Positions 9,532 through 22,222 of a stretch of DNA of 64,000 nucleotides are shown here, piece after piece. Below the pieces are notes generated by a model. The model made no database searches. It saw only the letters and a program-made list of their open reading frames with translations, and had not been told where the DNA came from. The DNA is from Yuukianura sp. NJ FZ-2021. Lineage: Eukaryota. The translations under genes were made by a program, and so were the position numbers. Positions within the stretch are counted from its first letter, which is position 1, and every line of letters begins with the position of its first letter. Where the stretch lies: positions 372,001 through 436,000 of the forward strand of contig JAJCTO010000011.1 of assembly GCA_046563655.1 (NCBI GenBank). Direction: 5' to 3'.

Positions 9532-12500
9532 GCCGGAAATCATGAAATGGAAGAATTCTACCCGCTGAACAAGTTGGTCTCTATTGCGTGCAATTTTGTA
9601 CAAGTTGGTCTCCATCGTGAATTTTTAAGACGTTTTGTAGTGTTCATAAGTTTTAGAGGCTGTTTCAGAGGATTGGGTTTTTACTGAGCTTTCTGATAAC
9701 GTCAAAATCTAAATGTTCCGTATACCTCCTAATGTCGCCTTGAAGTATCACATTTCGTGTTAGAAAGATTTCTTGCTACACCATGGTTTCTAAAAACCAT
9801 GCCGGAAATCATGAAATGGAAGAATTCTACCCGCTGAACAAGTTGGTCTCTATTGCGTGCAATTTTGTACTAGTTGGTCTCCATCGTGAATTTGTAAAAT
9901 GTTTTGTAGTGTTCATAAGTTTTAGAGGCTGGCTCAGAGGAGTGGGTTTTTACAGAGCGGTCTGCATAACGTCAAATTTTAAAGTGTTGCGTATACCTCC
10001 TAATGTCGAATGTCGCCTTAAAGTATCACATTTCGTGTTAGAAATATTTCTTGCTACACCATGGTTTCTAAAAACCATGCCGGAAATCATGAAATGGAAG
10101 AATTCTATCCGCTGAGCTAATTGGTCTCTATAGCGTGAAATTTTGTACTAGTTGGTCTCCATCGTGAATTTGTAAAATGTTTTGTAGTGTTCATAAGTTT
10201 TAGAGGCTGATTCAGAAGAGTGGGTTTTTACAGAGCTGTCTGCATAACGTCAAATTTCAAAATGTTCTGTATGCCTCCTAATGTCGCCTTGAAGTATCAG
10301 GTTTCGTGTTAGAAATATTTTTTGCTACACCGTGGTTTCTAAAAGCCATGCCGGAAGTCATGAAATGGAAGAATTCTATCCGCTGAGCTAGTTGGTCTCT
10401 ATAGCGTGAAATTTTGTACTAGTTGGTCTCCATCGTGAATTTGTAAAATGTTTTGTAGTGTTCATAAGTTTTAGAGGCTGATTCAGAAGAGTGGGTTTTT
10501 ACAGAGCGGTCTGCATAACGTCAAATTTTAAAATGTTCCGTATACCTCCTAATGTCGCCTTGAAGTATCACATTTCGTGTTAGAAATATTTCTTGCTACA
10601 CCATGGTTTCTAAAAACCATGCCGGAAATCATGAAATGGAAGAATTCTATCCGCTGAGCTAGTTGGTCTCTATTGCGTGAAATTTTGTACTAGTAGGTCT
10701 CCATCGTGAATTTGTAAAATGTTTTGTAGTGTTCATAAGTTTTAGACGCTGTTTCAAAGGATTGGGTTTTTACTGAGCGTTCTGATAACGTCAAAATCTA
10801 AATGTTCCGTATACCTCCTAATGTCGCCTTGAAGTATCACATTTCGTGTTAGAAAGATTTCTTGCTACACCACGGTTTCTAAAAACCATGCCGGAAAATA
10901 TGAAATGGAAGAATTCTACCCGCTGAACTAGTTGGTCTCTATTGCGTGAAATTTTGTACTAGTAGGTGTCCATCGTGAATTTGTAAAATGTTTTGTAGTG
11001 TTCATAAGTTTTAGAGGCTGATTCAGAAGAGCGGGTTTTTACAGAGCGGTGTGCATAACGTCAAATTTTAAAATGTTCCGTATACCTCCTAATGTCGCCT
11101 TGAAGTATCACATTTCGTGTTAGAAATATTTCTTGCTACACCATGGTTTTTAAAAACCATGCCGGAAATCATGAAATGGAAGAATTCTATCCGCTGAGCT
11201 AGTTGGTCTCTATAGCGTGAAATTTTGTACTAGTTGGTCTCCATCGTGAATTTGTAAAATGTTTTGTAATGTTCATAAGTTTTAGAGGCTGACTCAGAAG
11301 AGCGGGTTTTTACAGAGCGGTGTGCATAACGTCAAATTTTAAAATGTTCCGTATACCTAATAATGTCGCCTTGAAGTATCACATTCCGTGTTAGAAATAT
11401 TTCTTGCTACACCATGGTTTCTAAAAACCATGCCGGAAATCATGAAATGGAAGAATTCTATCCGCTGAGCTAGTTGGTCTCTAGCGTGAAATTTTGTACT
11501 AGTTGGTCTCCATCGTGAATTTGTAAAATGTTTTGTAGTGTTCATAAGTTTTAGAGGCTGATTCAGAAGAGCGGGTTTTTACAGAGCGGTGTGCATAACG
11601 TCAAATTTTAAAATGTTCCGTATACCTCCTAATGTCGCCTTGAAGTATCACATTTCGTGTTAGAAATATTTCTTGCTACACCATGGTTTTTAAAAACCAT
11701 GCCGGAAATCATGAAATGGAAGAATTCTATCCGCTGAGCTAGTTGGTCTCTATAGCGTGAAATTTTGTACTAGTTGGTCTCCATCGTGAATTTGTAAAAT
11801 GTTTTGTAATGTTCATAAGTTTTAGAGGCTGACTCAGAAGAGCGGGTTTTTACAGAGCGGTGTGCATAACGTCAAATTTTAAAATGTTCCGTATACCTGA
11901 TAATGTCGCCTTGAAGTATCACATTCCGTGTTAGAAATATTTCTTGCTACACCATGGTTTCTAAAAACCATGCCGGAAATCATGAAATGGAAGAATTCTA
12001 CCCGCTGAACTAGTTGGTCTCTATTGCGTGAAATTTTATACTAGTTGGTATCCATCGTGAATTTTTAAGACGTTTTGTAGTGTTCATAAGTTTTAGAGGC
12101 TGTTTCAGAGGATTGGGTTTTTACTGAGCTTTCTGATAACGTCAAAATCTAAATGTTCCGTATACCTCCTAATGTCGCCTTGAAGTATCACATTTCGTGT
12201 TAGAAAGATTTCTTGCTACACCATGGTTTCTAAAAACCATGCCGGAAATCATGAAATGGAAGAATTCTACCCGCTGAACAAGTTGGTCTCTATTGCGTGC
12301 AATTTTGTACTAGTTGGTCTCCATCGTGAATTTGTAAAATGTTTTGTAGTGTTCATAAGTTTTAGAGGCTGGCTCAGAGGAGTGGGTTTTTACAGAGCGG
12401 TCTGCATAACGTCAAATTTTAAAGTGTTGCGTATACCTCCTAATGTCGAATGTCGCCTTAAAGTATCACATTTCGTGTTAGAAATATTTCTTGCTACACC

Positions 12501-15500
12501 ATGGTTTCTAAAAGCCATGCCGGAAGTCATGAAATGGAAGAATTCTATCCGCTGAGCTAGTTGGTCTCTATAGCGTGAAATTTTGTACTAGTTGGTCTCC
12601 ATCGTGAATTTGTATAATGTTTTGAAATGATCATAAGTTTTAGAGGCTGATTCAGAAGAGTGGGTTTTTACAGAGCGGTGTGCATAACGTCAAATTTTAA
12701 AATGTTCCGTATACCTGATAATGTCGCCTTGAAGTATCACATTCCGTGTTAGAAATATTTCTTGCTACACCATGGTTTCTAAAAACCATGCCGGAAATCA
12801 TGAAATGGAAGAATTCTACCCGCTGAACTAGTTGGTCTCTATTGCGTGAAATTTTGTACTAGTTGGTCTCCATCGTGAATTTTGAAGATGTTTTGTAGTG
12901 TTCATAAGTTTTAGAGGCTGTTTCAGAGGATTGGATTTTTACTGAGCTTTCTGATAACGTCAAAATCTAAATGTTCCGTATACCTCCTAATGTCGCCTTG
13001 AAGTATCACATTTCGTGTTAGAAAGATTTCTTGCTACACCATGGTTTTTAAAAACCATGCCGGAAATCATGAAATGGAAGAATTCTATCCGCTGAGCTAG
13101 TTGGTCTCTATAGCGTGAAATTTTGTACTAGTTGGTCTCCATCGTGAATTTGTAAAATGTTTTGTAATGTTCATAAGTTTTAGAGGCTGACTCAGAAGAG
13201 CGGGTTTTTACAGAGCGGTGTGCATAACGTCAAATTTTAAAATGTTCCGTATACCTGATAATGTTGCCTTGAAGTATCACATTCCGTGTTAGAAATATTT
13301 CTTGCTACACCATGGTTTCTAAAAACCATGCCGGAAATCATGAAATTGAAGAAGTCTATCCGCTGAGCTAGTTGGTCTCTATTGCGTGAAATTTTGTACT
13401 AGTTGGTCTCCATAGTGAATTTGTAAAATGTTTTGTAGTGTTCATAAGTTTTAGAGGCTGATTCAGAAGAGTGGGTTTTAACAGAGCTGTCTGCATAACG
13501 TCAAATTTCAAAATGTTCCGTATGCCTCCTAATGTCGCCTTGAAGTATCAGGTTTCGTGTTAGAAATATTTTTTGCTACACCATGGTTTCTAAAAGCCAT
13601 GCCGGAAGTCATGAAATGGAAGAATTCTATCCGCTGAGCTAGTTGGTCTCTATAGCGTGAAATTTTGTACTAGTTGGTCTCCATCGTGAATTTGTAAAAT
13701 GTTTTGTAGTGTTCATAAGTTTTAGAGGCTGGTTCAGAGGAGTGGGTTTTTACAGAGCGGTCTGCATAACGTCAAATTTTAAAGTGTTTTGTATACCTCC
13801 TAATGTCGCCTTAAAGTATCACATTTCGTGTTAGAAAGATTTCTTGCTACACCACGGTTTCTAAAAACCATGCCGGAAATAATGAAATGGAAGAATTCTA
13901 CCCGCTGGACTAGTTGGTCTCTATTGCGTGAAATTTTGTACTAGTTGGTCTCCATCGTGAATTTGTAAAATGTTTTGTAGTGTTCATAAGTTTTAGAGGC
14001 TGATTCAGAAGAGTGGGTTTTTACAGGGCGGTCTGCATAACGTCAAATTTTAAAATGTTCCGTATACCTCCTAATGTCGCCTTGAAGTATCACATTTCGT
14101 GTTAGAAAGATGTCTTGCTACACCACGGTTTCTAAAAACCATGCCGGAAATCATGAAATGGAAGAATTCTATCCGCTGAGCTAGTTGGTCTCTATAGCGT
14201 GAAATTTTGTACTAGTAGGTCTCCATCGTGAATTTGTAAAATGTTTTGTAGTGTTCATAAGTTTTAGAGGCTGTTTCAAAGGATTGGGTTTTTACTGAGC
14301 GTTCTGATAACGTCAAAATCTAAATGTTCCGTATACCTCCTAATGTCGCCTTGAAGTATCACATTTCGGGTTAGAAATATTTCTTGCTACACCATGGTTT
14401 CTAAAAACCATGCCGGAAATCATGAAATGGAAGAATTCTATCCGCTGAGCTAGTTGGTCTCTATAGCGTGAAATTTTGTACTAGTTGGTCTCCATCGTGA
14501 ATTTGTAAAATGTTTTGTAGTGTTCATAAGTTTTAGAGGCTGATTCAGAAGAGTGGGTTTTTACAGAGCGGTCTGCATAACGTCAAATTTTAAAATGTTC
14601 CGTATACCTCCTAATGTCGCCTTGAAGTATCACATTTCGTGTTAGAAATATTTCTTGCTACACCATGGTTTCTAAAAACCATGCCGGAAATCATGAAATG
14701 GAAGAATTCTATCCGCTGAGCTAGTTGGTCTCTATAGCGTGCAATTTTGTACTAGTTGGTCTCCATCGTGAATTTGTAAAATGTTTTGTAGTGTTCATAA
14801 GTTTTAGAGGCAGGTTCAGAGGAGTGGGTTTTTACAGAGCGGTCTGCATAACGTCAAATTTTAAAATGTTCCGTATGCCTCCTAATGTCGCCTTGAAGTA
14901 TCACATTTCGTGTTAGAAAGATTTCTTGCTACACCACGGTTTCTAAAAACCATGCCGGAAATCATGAAATGGAAGAATTCTATCCGCTGAGCTAGTTGGT
15001 CTCTATAGCGTGAAATTTTGTACTAGTAGGTCTCCATCGTGGATTTGTAAAATGTTTTGTAGTGTTCATAAGTTTTAGAGGCTGTTTCAAAGGATTGGGT
15101 TTTTACTGAGCGTTCTGATAACGTCAAAATCTAAATGTTCCGTATACCTACTAATGTCGCCTTGAAGTATCACATTTCGTGTTAGAAATATTTCTTGCTA
15201 CACCATGGTTTCTAAAAACCATGCCGGAAATCATGAAATGGAAGAATTCTATCCGCTGAGCTAATTGGTCTCTATAGCGTGAAATTTTGTACTAGTTGGT
15301 CTCCATCGTGAATTTGTAAAATGTTTTGTAGTGTTCATAAGTTTTAGAGGCTGGTTCAGAGGAGTGGGTTTTTACAGAGCGGTCTGCATAACGTCAAATT
15401 TTAAAATGTTTCGTATACCTCCTAATGTCGCCTTAAAGTATCACATTTCGTGTTAGAAAGATTTCTTGCTACACCACGGTTTCTAAAAACCATGCCGGAA

Positions 15501-18079
15501 ATTATGAAATGGAAGAATTCTACCCACTGGACTAGTTGGTCTCTATAGCGTGAAATTTTGTACTAGTTGGTCTCCATCGTGAATTTGTAAAATGTTTTGT
15601 AGTGTTCATAAGTTTTAGAGGCTGATTCAGAAGAGTGGGTTTTTACAGAGCGGTCTGCATAACGTCAAATTTTAAAATGTTCCGTATACCTCCTAATGTC
15701 GCCTTGAAGTATCACATTTCGTGTTAGAAAGATTTCTTGCTACACCATGGTTTCTAAAAACCATGCCGGAAATCATGAAATGGAAGAATTCTACCCGCTG
15801 AACAAGTTGGTCTCTATTGCGTGCAATTTTGTACTAGTTGGTCTCCATCGTGAATTTGTAAAATGTTTTGTAGTGTTCATAAGTTTTAGAGGCTGGCTCA
15901 GAGGAGTGGGTTTTTACAGAGCGGTCTGCATAACGTCAAATTTTAAAGTGTTGCGTATACCTCCTAATGTCGAATGTCGCCTTAAAGTATCACATTTCGT
16001 GTTAGAAATATTTCTTGCTACACCATGGTTTCTAAAAACCATGCCGGAAATCATGAAATCGAAGAATTCTATCCGCTGAGCTAATTGGTCTCTATAGCGT
16101 GAAATTTTGTACTAGTTGGTCTCCATCGTGAATTTGTAAAATGTTTTGTAGTGTTCATAAGTTTTAGAGGCTGGTTCAGAGGAGTGGGTTTTAACAGAGC
16201 TGTCTGCATAACGTCAAATTTCAAAATGTTCCGTATGCCTCCTAATGTCGCCTTGAAGTATCAGGTTTCGTGTTAGAAATATTTTTTGCTACACCATGGT
16301 TTCTAAAAGCCATGCCGGAAGTCATGAAATGGAAGAATTCTATCCGCTGAGCTAGTTGGTCTCTATAGCGTGAAATTTTGTACTAGTTGGTCTCCATCGT
16401 GAATTTGTAAAATGTTTTGTAGTGTTCATAAGTTTTAGAGGCTGGTTCAGAGTAGTGGGTTTTTACAGAGCGGTCTGCATAACGTCAAATTTTAAAATGT
16501 TTCGTATACCTCCTAATGTCGCCTTAAAGTATCACATTTCGTGTTAGAAAGATTTCTTGCTACACCACGGTTTCTAAAAACCATGCCGGAAATTATGAAA
16601 TGGAAGAATTCTACCCACTGGACTAGTTGGTCTCTATAGCGTGAAATTTTGTACTAGTTGGTCTCCATCGTGAATTTGTAAAATGTTTTGTAGTGTTCAT
16701 AAGTTTTAGAGGCTGATTCAGAAGAGTGGGTTTTTACAGAGCGGTCTGCATAACGTCAAATTTTAAAATGTTCCGTATACCTCCTAATGTCGCCTTGAAG
16801 TATCACATTTCGTGTTAGAAAGATTTCTTGCTACACCATGGTTTCTAAAAACCATGCCGGAAATCATGAAATGGAAGAATTCTACCCGCTGAACAAGTTG
16901 GTCTCTATTGCGTGCAATTTTGTACTAGTTGGTCTCCATCGTGAATTTGTAAAATGTTTTGTAGTGTTCATAAGTTTTAGAGGCTGGCTCAGAGGAGTGG
17001 GTTTTTACAGAGCGGTCTGCATAACGTCAAATTTTAAAGTGTTGCGTATACCTCCTAATGTCGAATGTCGCCTTAAAGTATCACATTTCGTGTTAGAAAT
17101 ATTTCTTGCTACACCATGGTTTCTAAAAACCATGCCGGAAATCATGAAATCGAAGAATTCTATCCGCTGAGCTAATTGGTCTCTATAGCGTGAAATTTTG
17201 TACTAGTTGGTCTCCATCGTGAATTTGTAAAATGTTTTGTAGTGTTCATAAGTTTTAGAGGCTGGTTCAGAGGAGTGGGTTTTAACAGAGCTGTCTGCAT
17301 AACGTCAAATTTCAAAATGTTCCGTATGCCTCCTAATGTCGCCTTGAAGTATCAGGTTTCGTGTTAGAAATATTTTTTGCTACACCATGGTTTCTAAAAG
17401 CCATGCCGGAAGTCATGAAATGGAAGAATTCTATCCGCTGAGCTAGTTGGTCTCTATAGCGTGAAATTTTGTACTAGTTGGTCTCCATCGTGAATTTGTA
17501 AAATGTTTTGTAGTGTTCATAAGTTTTAGAGGCTGGTTCAGAGGAGTGGGTTTTTACAGAGCGGTCTGCATAACGTCAAATTTTAAAATGTTTTGTATAC
17601 CTCCTAATGTCGCCTTAAAGTATCACATTTCGTGTTAGAAAGATTTCTTGCTACACCATGGTTTCTAAAAACCATGCCGGAAATTATGAAATGGAAGAAT
17701 TCTACCCGCTGAACTAGTTGGTCTCTATTGCGTGAAATTTTGTACTAGTTGGTCTCCATCGTGAATTTGTAAAATGTTTTGTAGTGTTCATAAGTTTTAG
17801 AGGCTGGTTCAGAGGAGTGGGTTTTTACAGAGCGGTCTGCATAACGTCAAATTTTAAAATGTTTTGTATACCTCCTAATGTCGCCTTAAAGTATCACATT
17901 TCGTGTTAGAAAGATTTCTTGCTACACCATGGTTTCTAAAAACCATGCCGGAAATTATGAAATGGAAGAATTCTACCCGCTGAACTAGTTGGTCTCTATT
18001 GCGTGAAATTTTGTACTAGTTGGTCTCCATCGTGAATTTGTAAAATGTTTTGTAATGTTCATAAGTTTTAGAGGCTGAT
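9532..18079. repeat. Satellite DNA, ~270-bp monomer (right arm, ~31 copies)
   Basis: Same monomer as 1-1842; variant with AATGTCG duplication at ~10002, 12442, 15966, 17057; 1091-bp tetramer repeated (15747 vs 16838). Confidence 0.98.
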
Positions 18080-18639
18080 CACGGAATTAAGTTCTGTGAG
18101 GTTGTGCATCCATATCTACAAAAATTTTAGACAAGTCTTTTACAGTAGTGTCAAAGAATGAGTTCGAAGAGTATTGTACATCCAGAATGTAGCGTCGTTT
18201 CATGGCAAATCTGAAACACGTCGTTTTAAAAAATTAATCTATTATCATGAAGAGCATTAGTATATAATGTAAAATTTCATCATGTCCGAATAAATAAAAT
18301 AAAATATTCAAGACGTATACTTACTGAAATTCGTTTTTCCTACTGCTTTGGCTACTTGAGTAAACCTGTATTAGGCCGACAAAAGATACATCCCATGCCG
18401 TTTTGCTACGATTAATATAATACGTCTTCTCAGTCGCGTCCCGCTTTATACTAAAGAATATTTTAAAAAATTTAGTAATTTAAGGATTTTACCGTAAAAA
18501 TTAAAAAAAATTGACAAATATAAATTAACTAAAATGAAGATAAACAAGACTTATATTGACATAAATGATGAATACTAATTTAAATAAACTTCTTGCAAAG
18601 ACGATGTAAATAAGTATCGTAAGATCAATTATAGGGAGT

Positions 18640-19245
18640 TTCGGCGCGGGATATTGTTGACCTAGATCTCTGGTATTGTTAGAGGTCACTTGAGGTCAAA
18701 CAAAATTCCGAATCAGTCCTCGCGTCGTCTAACAGCGATGCGTGGAAACCACTTCCAAATCGGTCCATCCTTTTCCGAATTGTAGAGAAAAGGAGGAGCA
18801 TGAGCCAGGACAGTTTGACCCTGTTAGACGTCACTCAAAGTTATCAAATTCGGATCCCCGTAAACCGCTTCCAAATCCGTCTATCCGTTTCCCAATATGT
18901 ACAAGAAAAAGATGACCTTGACAATTGACCATTTTAGAGGTCACTCAAGGTCATCAAAATCTCCGCATACCCCTTTCGAGTCTGTCCATCCGTTCCCGTC
19001 ATGTAAATGGACAATAACCTTGACCTTTGACACCAATAGAGGTCACTTGAAGTGAATCCAGAAACTGATTTTTGGTCACCTGGTCAGTAGTTACTAATTA
19101 AAAAAAACTGCTTAAAAATCAGTGCAATGGTTATCGAGTTATAAGCATTACGGACGGACGGACGGACGGACGGACAGACAGACAGACAGACGGACGGACG
19201 GACGGACGGACAATACGATCCCTATAAGTATCTGACGATACTTAA
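18640..19245. mobile_element. Probable Helentron/DINE-1-like non-autonomous element (boundaries approximate)
   Basis: (GACG/GACA)n microsatellite at 19150-19212 and repeated GAGGTCA/TGACCT motifs, a layout typical of HINE/DINE-type repeats. Confidence 0.5.
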
Positions 19246-19526
19246 TAATGTGAATGTAATGTATAAATAATGTATAAATAATTTATTGTGACAACCTAAT
19301 GATAATAAGATAGTTTTGTAAACACGCAATTATATTAATTATTATTGTTTCAATAATTATATTAGCAACTTACAAACTGCATATGTTCACGAAGTGTTGA
19401 AGCTGCTTCGTAGGTTTCATACTTAAATACATTTTGACCTTCAAAGGCCAAATTCGTTGTTATTATCCTGAATGTAATTCTTGCACAGCGAGTACCTGAG
19501 AATATGTAAATTAATAAATATGTAAT
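18834..19526. repeat. 693-bp direct repeat, copy 1 (copy 2 at 21530-22222)
   Basis: Colinear at constant offset 2696 with only a few substitutions. Confidence 0.95.
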
Positions 19527-21529
19527 TTATTTATTTATTTATTTATTTATTTATTTCCACTGATACCCTGCATGCAGGTAGTTACATCGTGGGTGCTTTT
19601 AGTTAAATAGGATGTAGTGCTAGTGTAGTGAATTGTTGTAATATGCGTACTAAGTTAAATGGTGAAAATTGTAAAATTAAATTAAAATATAGAGGATGTA
19701 TTTTGATTAAGTTCGTTATTTTTAAGATAAGTTAAGATTGTACAGAAGTGATTCTAGGCTATCATCTAGAGAATTTAAGTAGTTAAGTTCCGAGATTTGC
19801 TGCAATTCAAGGAAGTACGATGCTAAAGTTGTTCGCAATTTGGAGGGGCAGGTACTGGTTAGTAGTGATTGATATTCCACGGGTAATAAGTTGATGAGAC
19901 GCGAAACGGTTTGAATGAACGATTTTGGGTGGTATTTCCTGTTATTAACAACGTATGTACCGGATCTGGTAGATGTTGTGTTAGATGAGTGCGACGAAAT
20001 TTCGGAGGTGATGGACTCAAAGTAGGGAATTTTGTTGCAAACCAAGTTTCGGTAAATAAGTAGTTGTTCTACAATGCCGATGTTAGTTGGAATTAGCCAG
20101 TTAAGAGTAGAGTTGATTTTAGAAAGAACGCAGTCTCTTTTACGCATCTTGAAAATGAATCGTACGGCTCGTCTAAATATTTTGTTGACGCAGTTGAATG
20201 TCGACTTGTTGCAGTTGGACCAAAGTATGATCATGTACTGTATAATTGGTAGAAAGTAAGAAGTGATCATCAGTTTTCTGTTGAACTCGGACAGAAAGTC
20301 TTGAATAGGGTAAAAAGACCACAAGATTCTGTTACACTTTTTAACCACTTCACTTATGTGTTCACACCATGTTAATGAGTTGTCAAGTATCAGTCCCAGT
20401 GTCTTGAAGGAAGTTACACTTGTGATTGTAGTATTTGCAACGTTTAGAGTGATTAGGCCAATTTTTTTCACTATGTTTTTGTTTCCAACCAGCAGTACTT
20501 TTGTTTTTTCAATATTGATGCTGAGATGATTGACTTTCATCCATTGAACGATTGAGGCAATGACTGTTTCTGCTCGAGAAATTAATTGATCAATCAATTT
20601 TGGGTCACCTCCAATGACAATGTTATTGTCATCAGCGAATAATATTGGAATTCCATCACCGATTATCCATGGTAAATCGTTGATCATGATTGAAAATAAT
20701 AGCGGGCCTAGGATGGATCCCTGTGGCACTGAGAGTATCGTTGATTTTCGTTGTGAAAAGTTCCCATTTAAGTTTACTTGCTGAGTTCTGTTGTTGAGGT
20801 AAGATTCAAACCATGGAGTTGAAACGTTGTACCACTTGAGTTTTTCAATTAAAATATTCTTGTCAACCGTGTCGAATGCTTTCTGCAAATCTAAGGAGAT
20901 GATTAGGCAGACCTCACCAAGATGTAATTTAGAATAAACTAACTCAGTTAGAGCCAATTGAGCGATGGTCGTGGAATGGTGTTGTCTGAAGCCGAATTGA
21001 TTTTTGTGTAATAGACAGTGACGACTGAAAAAAGTTTTCAGTTGCTGATGTGCGAATTTTTCACATAATTTTGCGATGAGTGGTTGCAGTGATATTGGCC
21101 GTGTTTCAGAAGGATGTTTGGGGTTGCAACCTTTTGGCAGCGGGATCACAACCGAGTTCTGAAGCGAATGTGGGAAGACTCCACTTAGCAAACTTTGGTT
21201 AATAATGTGAATTGATTTGAAATATTAGGTGCTTCAATGCAATGGGAAAGAATCCAATTGGAGAACCCACACTGATCTTTAGTTTTTTTCAGTTTGTTCT
21301 TGCTTGTCTTCCATGTTTTGATTAATGCCGATGCGGTGATTTTTCTGAAGTTGAATTTTTCAATGGGAGTAATGATTGCAGGCGGTTTGACAGGAAGTGC
21401 ACTTGAAATAAATTTTGGAGTTGTAATTGAAATATAGTAGTCATTAATTTCGTCAGGAGTGAAATGTAGGCACTCTTTTGATTTTTGTGCTTGTGGGCGA
21501 ATTTTGTTTATTGCCTTGTGAGGGCCAAG
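19527..21529 (-). mobile_element. 5'-truncated non-LTR retrotransposon (CR1/L2/Jockey-group RT), frameshifted
   Basis: RPISL, NQFGFR, LDLQKAFDTV, VPQGSILGP, LFADD motifs in 19722-21191; frameshift near 21205-21215; (TAAA)n tail at 19527-19556. Confidence 0.9.
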
Positions 21530-22222
21530 CTCAAAGTTATCAAATTCGGATCCCCGTAAACCGCTTCCAAATCCGTCTATCCGTTTCCCAATATGTACAA
21601 GAAAAAGATGACCTTGACAATTGACCATTTTAGAGGTCACTCAAGGTCATCAAAATCTCCGCATACCCCTTTCGAGTCTGTCCATCCGTTCCCGTCATGT
21701 AAATGGACAATAACCTTGACCTTTGACACCAATAGAGGTCACTTGAAGTGAATCCAGAAACTGATTTTTGGTCACCTGGTTAGTAGTTACTAATTAAAAA
21801 AAACTGCTTAAAAATCAGTGCAATGGTTACCGAGTTATAAGCATTACGGACGGACGGACGGACGGACGGACATACAGACAGACAGACGGACGGACGGACG
21901 GACGGACAATACGATCCCTATAAGTATCTGACAATACTTAATAATGTGAATGTAATGTATAAATAATGTATAAATAATTTATTGTGACAACCTAATGATA
22001 ATAAGATAGTTTTGTAAACACGCAATTATATTAATTATTATTGTTTCAATAATTATATTAGCAACTTACAAACTGCATATGTTCACGAAGTGTTGAAGCT
22101 GCTTCGTAGGTTTCATATTTAAATACATTTTGACCTTCAAAGGCCAAATTCGTTGTTATTATCCTGAATGTAATTCTTGCACAGCGAGTACCTGAGAATA
22201 TGTAAATTAATAAATATGTAAT
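21530..22222. repeat. 693-bp direct repeat, copy 2
   Basis: Matches 18834-19526. Confidence 0.95.

Noticed and set aside
146..17170. Repeated 60-110 aa ORFs in the 270-bp array; superficial CRISPR-like periodicity
   Set aside because: They are chance frames in satellite monomers. There are no unique spacers and no cas genes, and the context is eukaryotic.
21530..21640. N-terminus of the 151-aa ORF 21185-21640
   Set aside because: It reads out of the duplicated flank into the truncated LINE, so it is chimeric by chance
18834..22222. LTR retrotransposon (RT between direct repeats)
   Set aside because: The repeats lack TG...CA ends, PBS and PPT; the RT is LINE-type with a (TAAA)n tail
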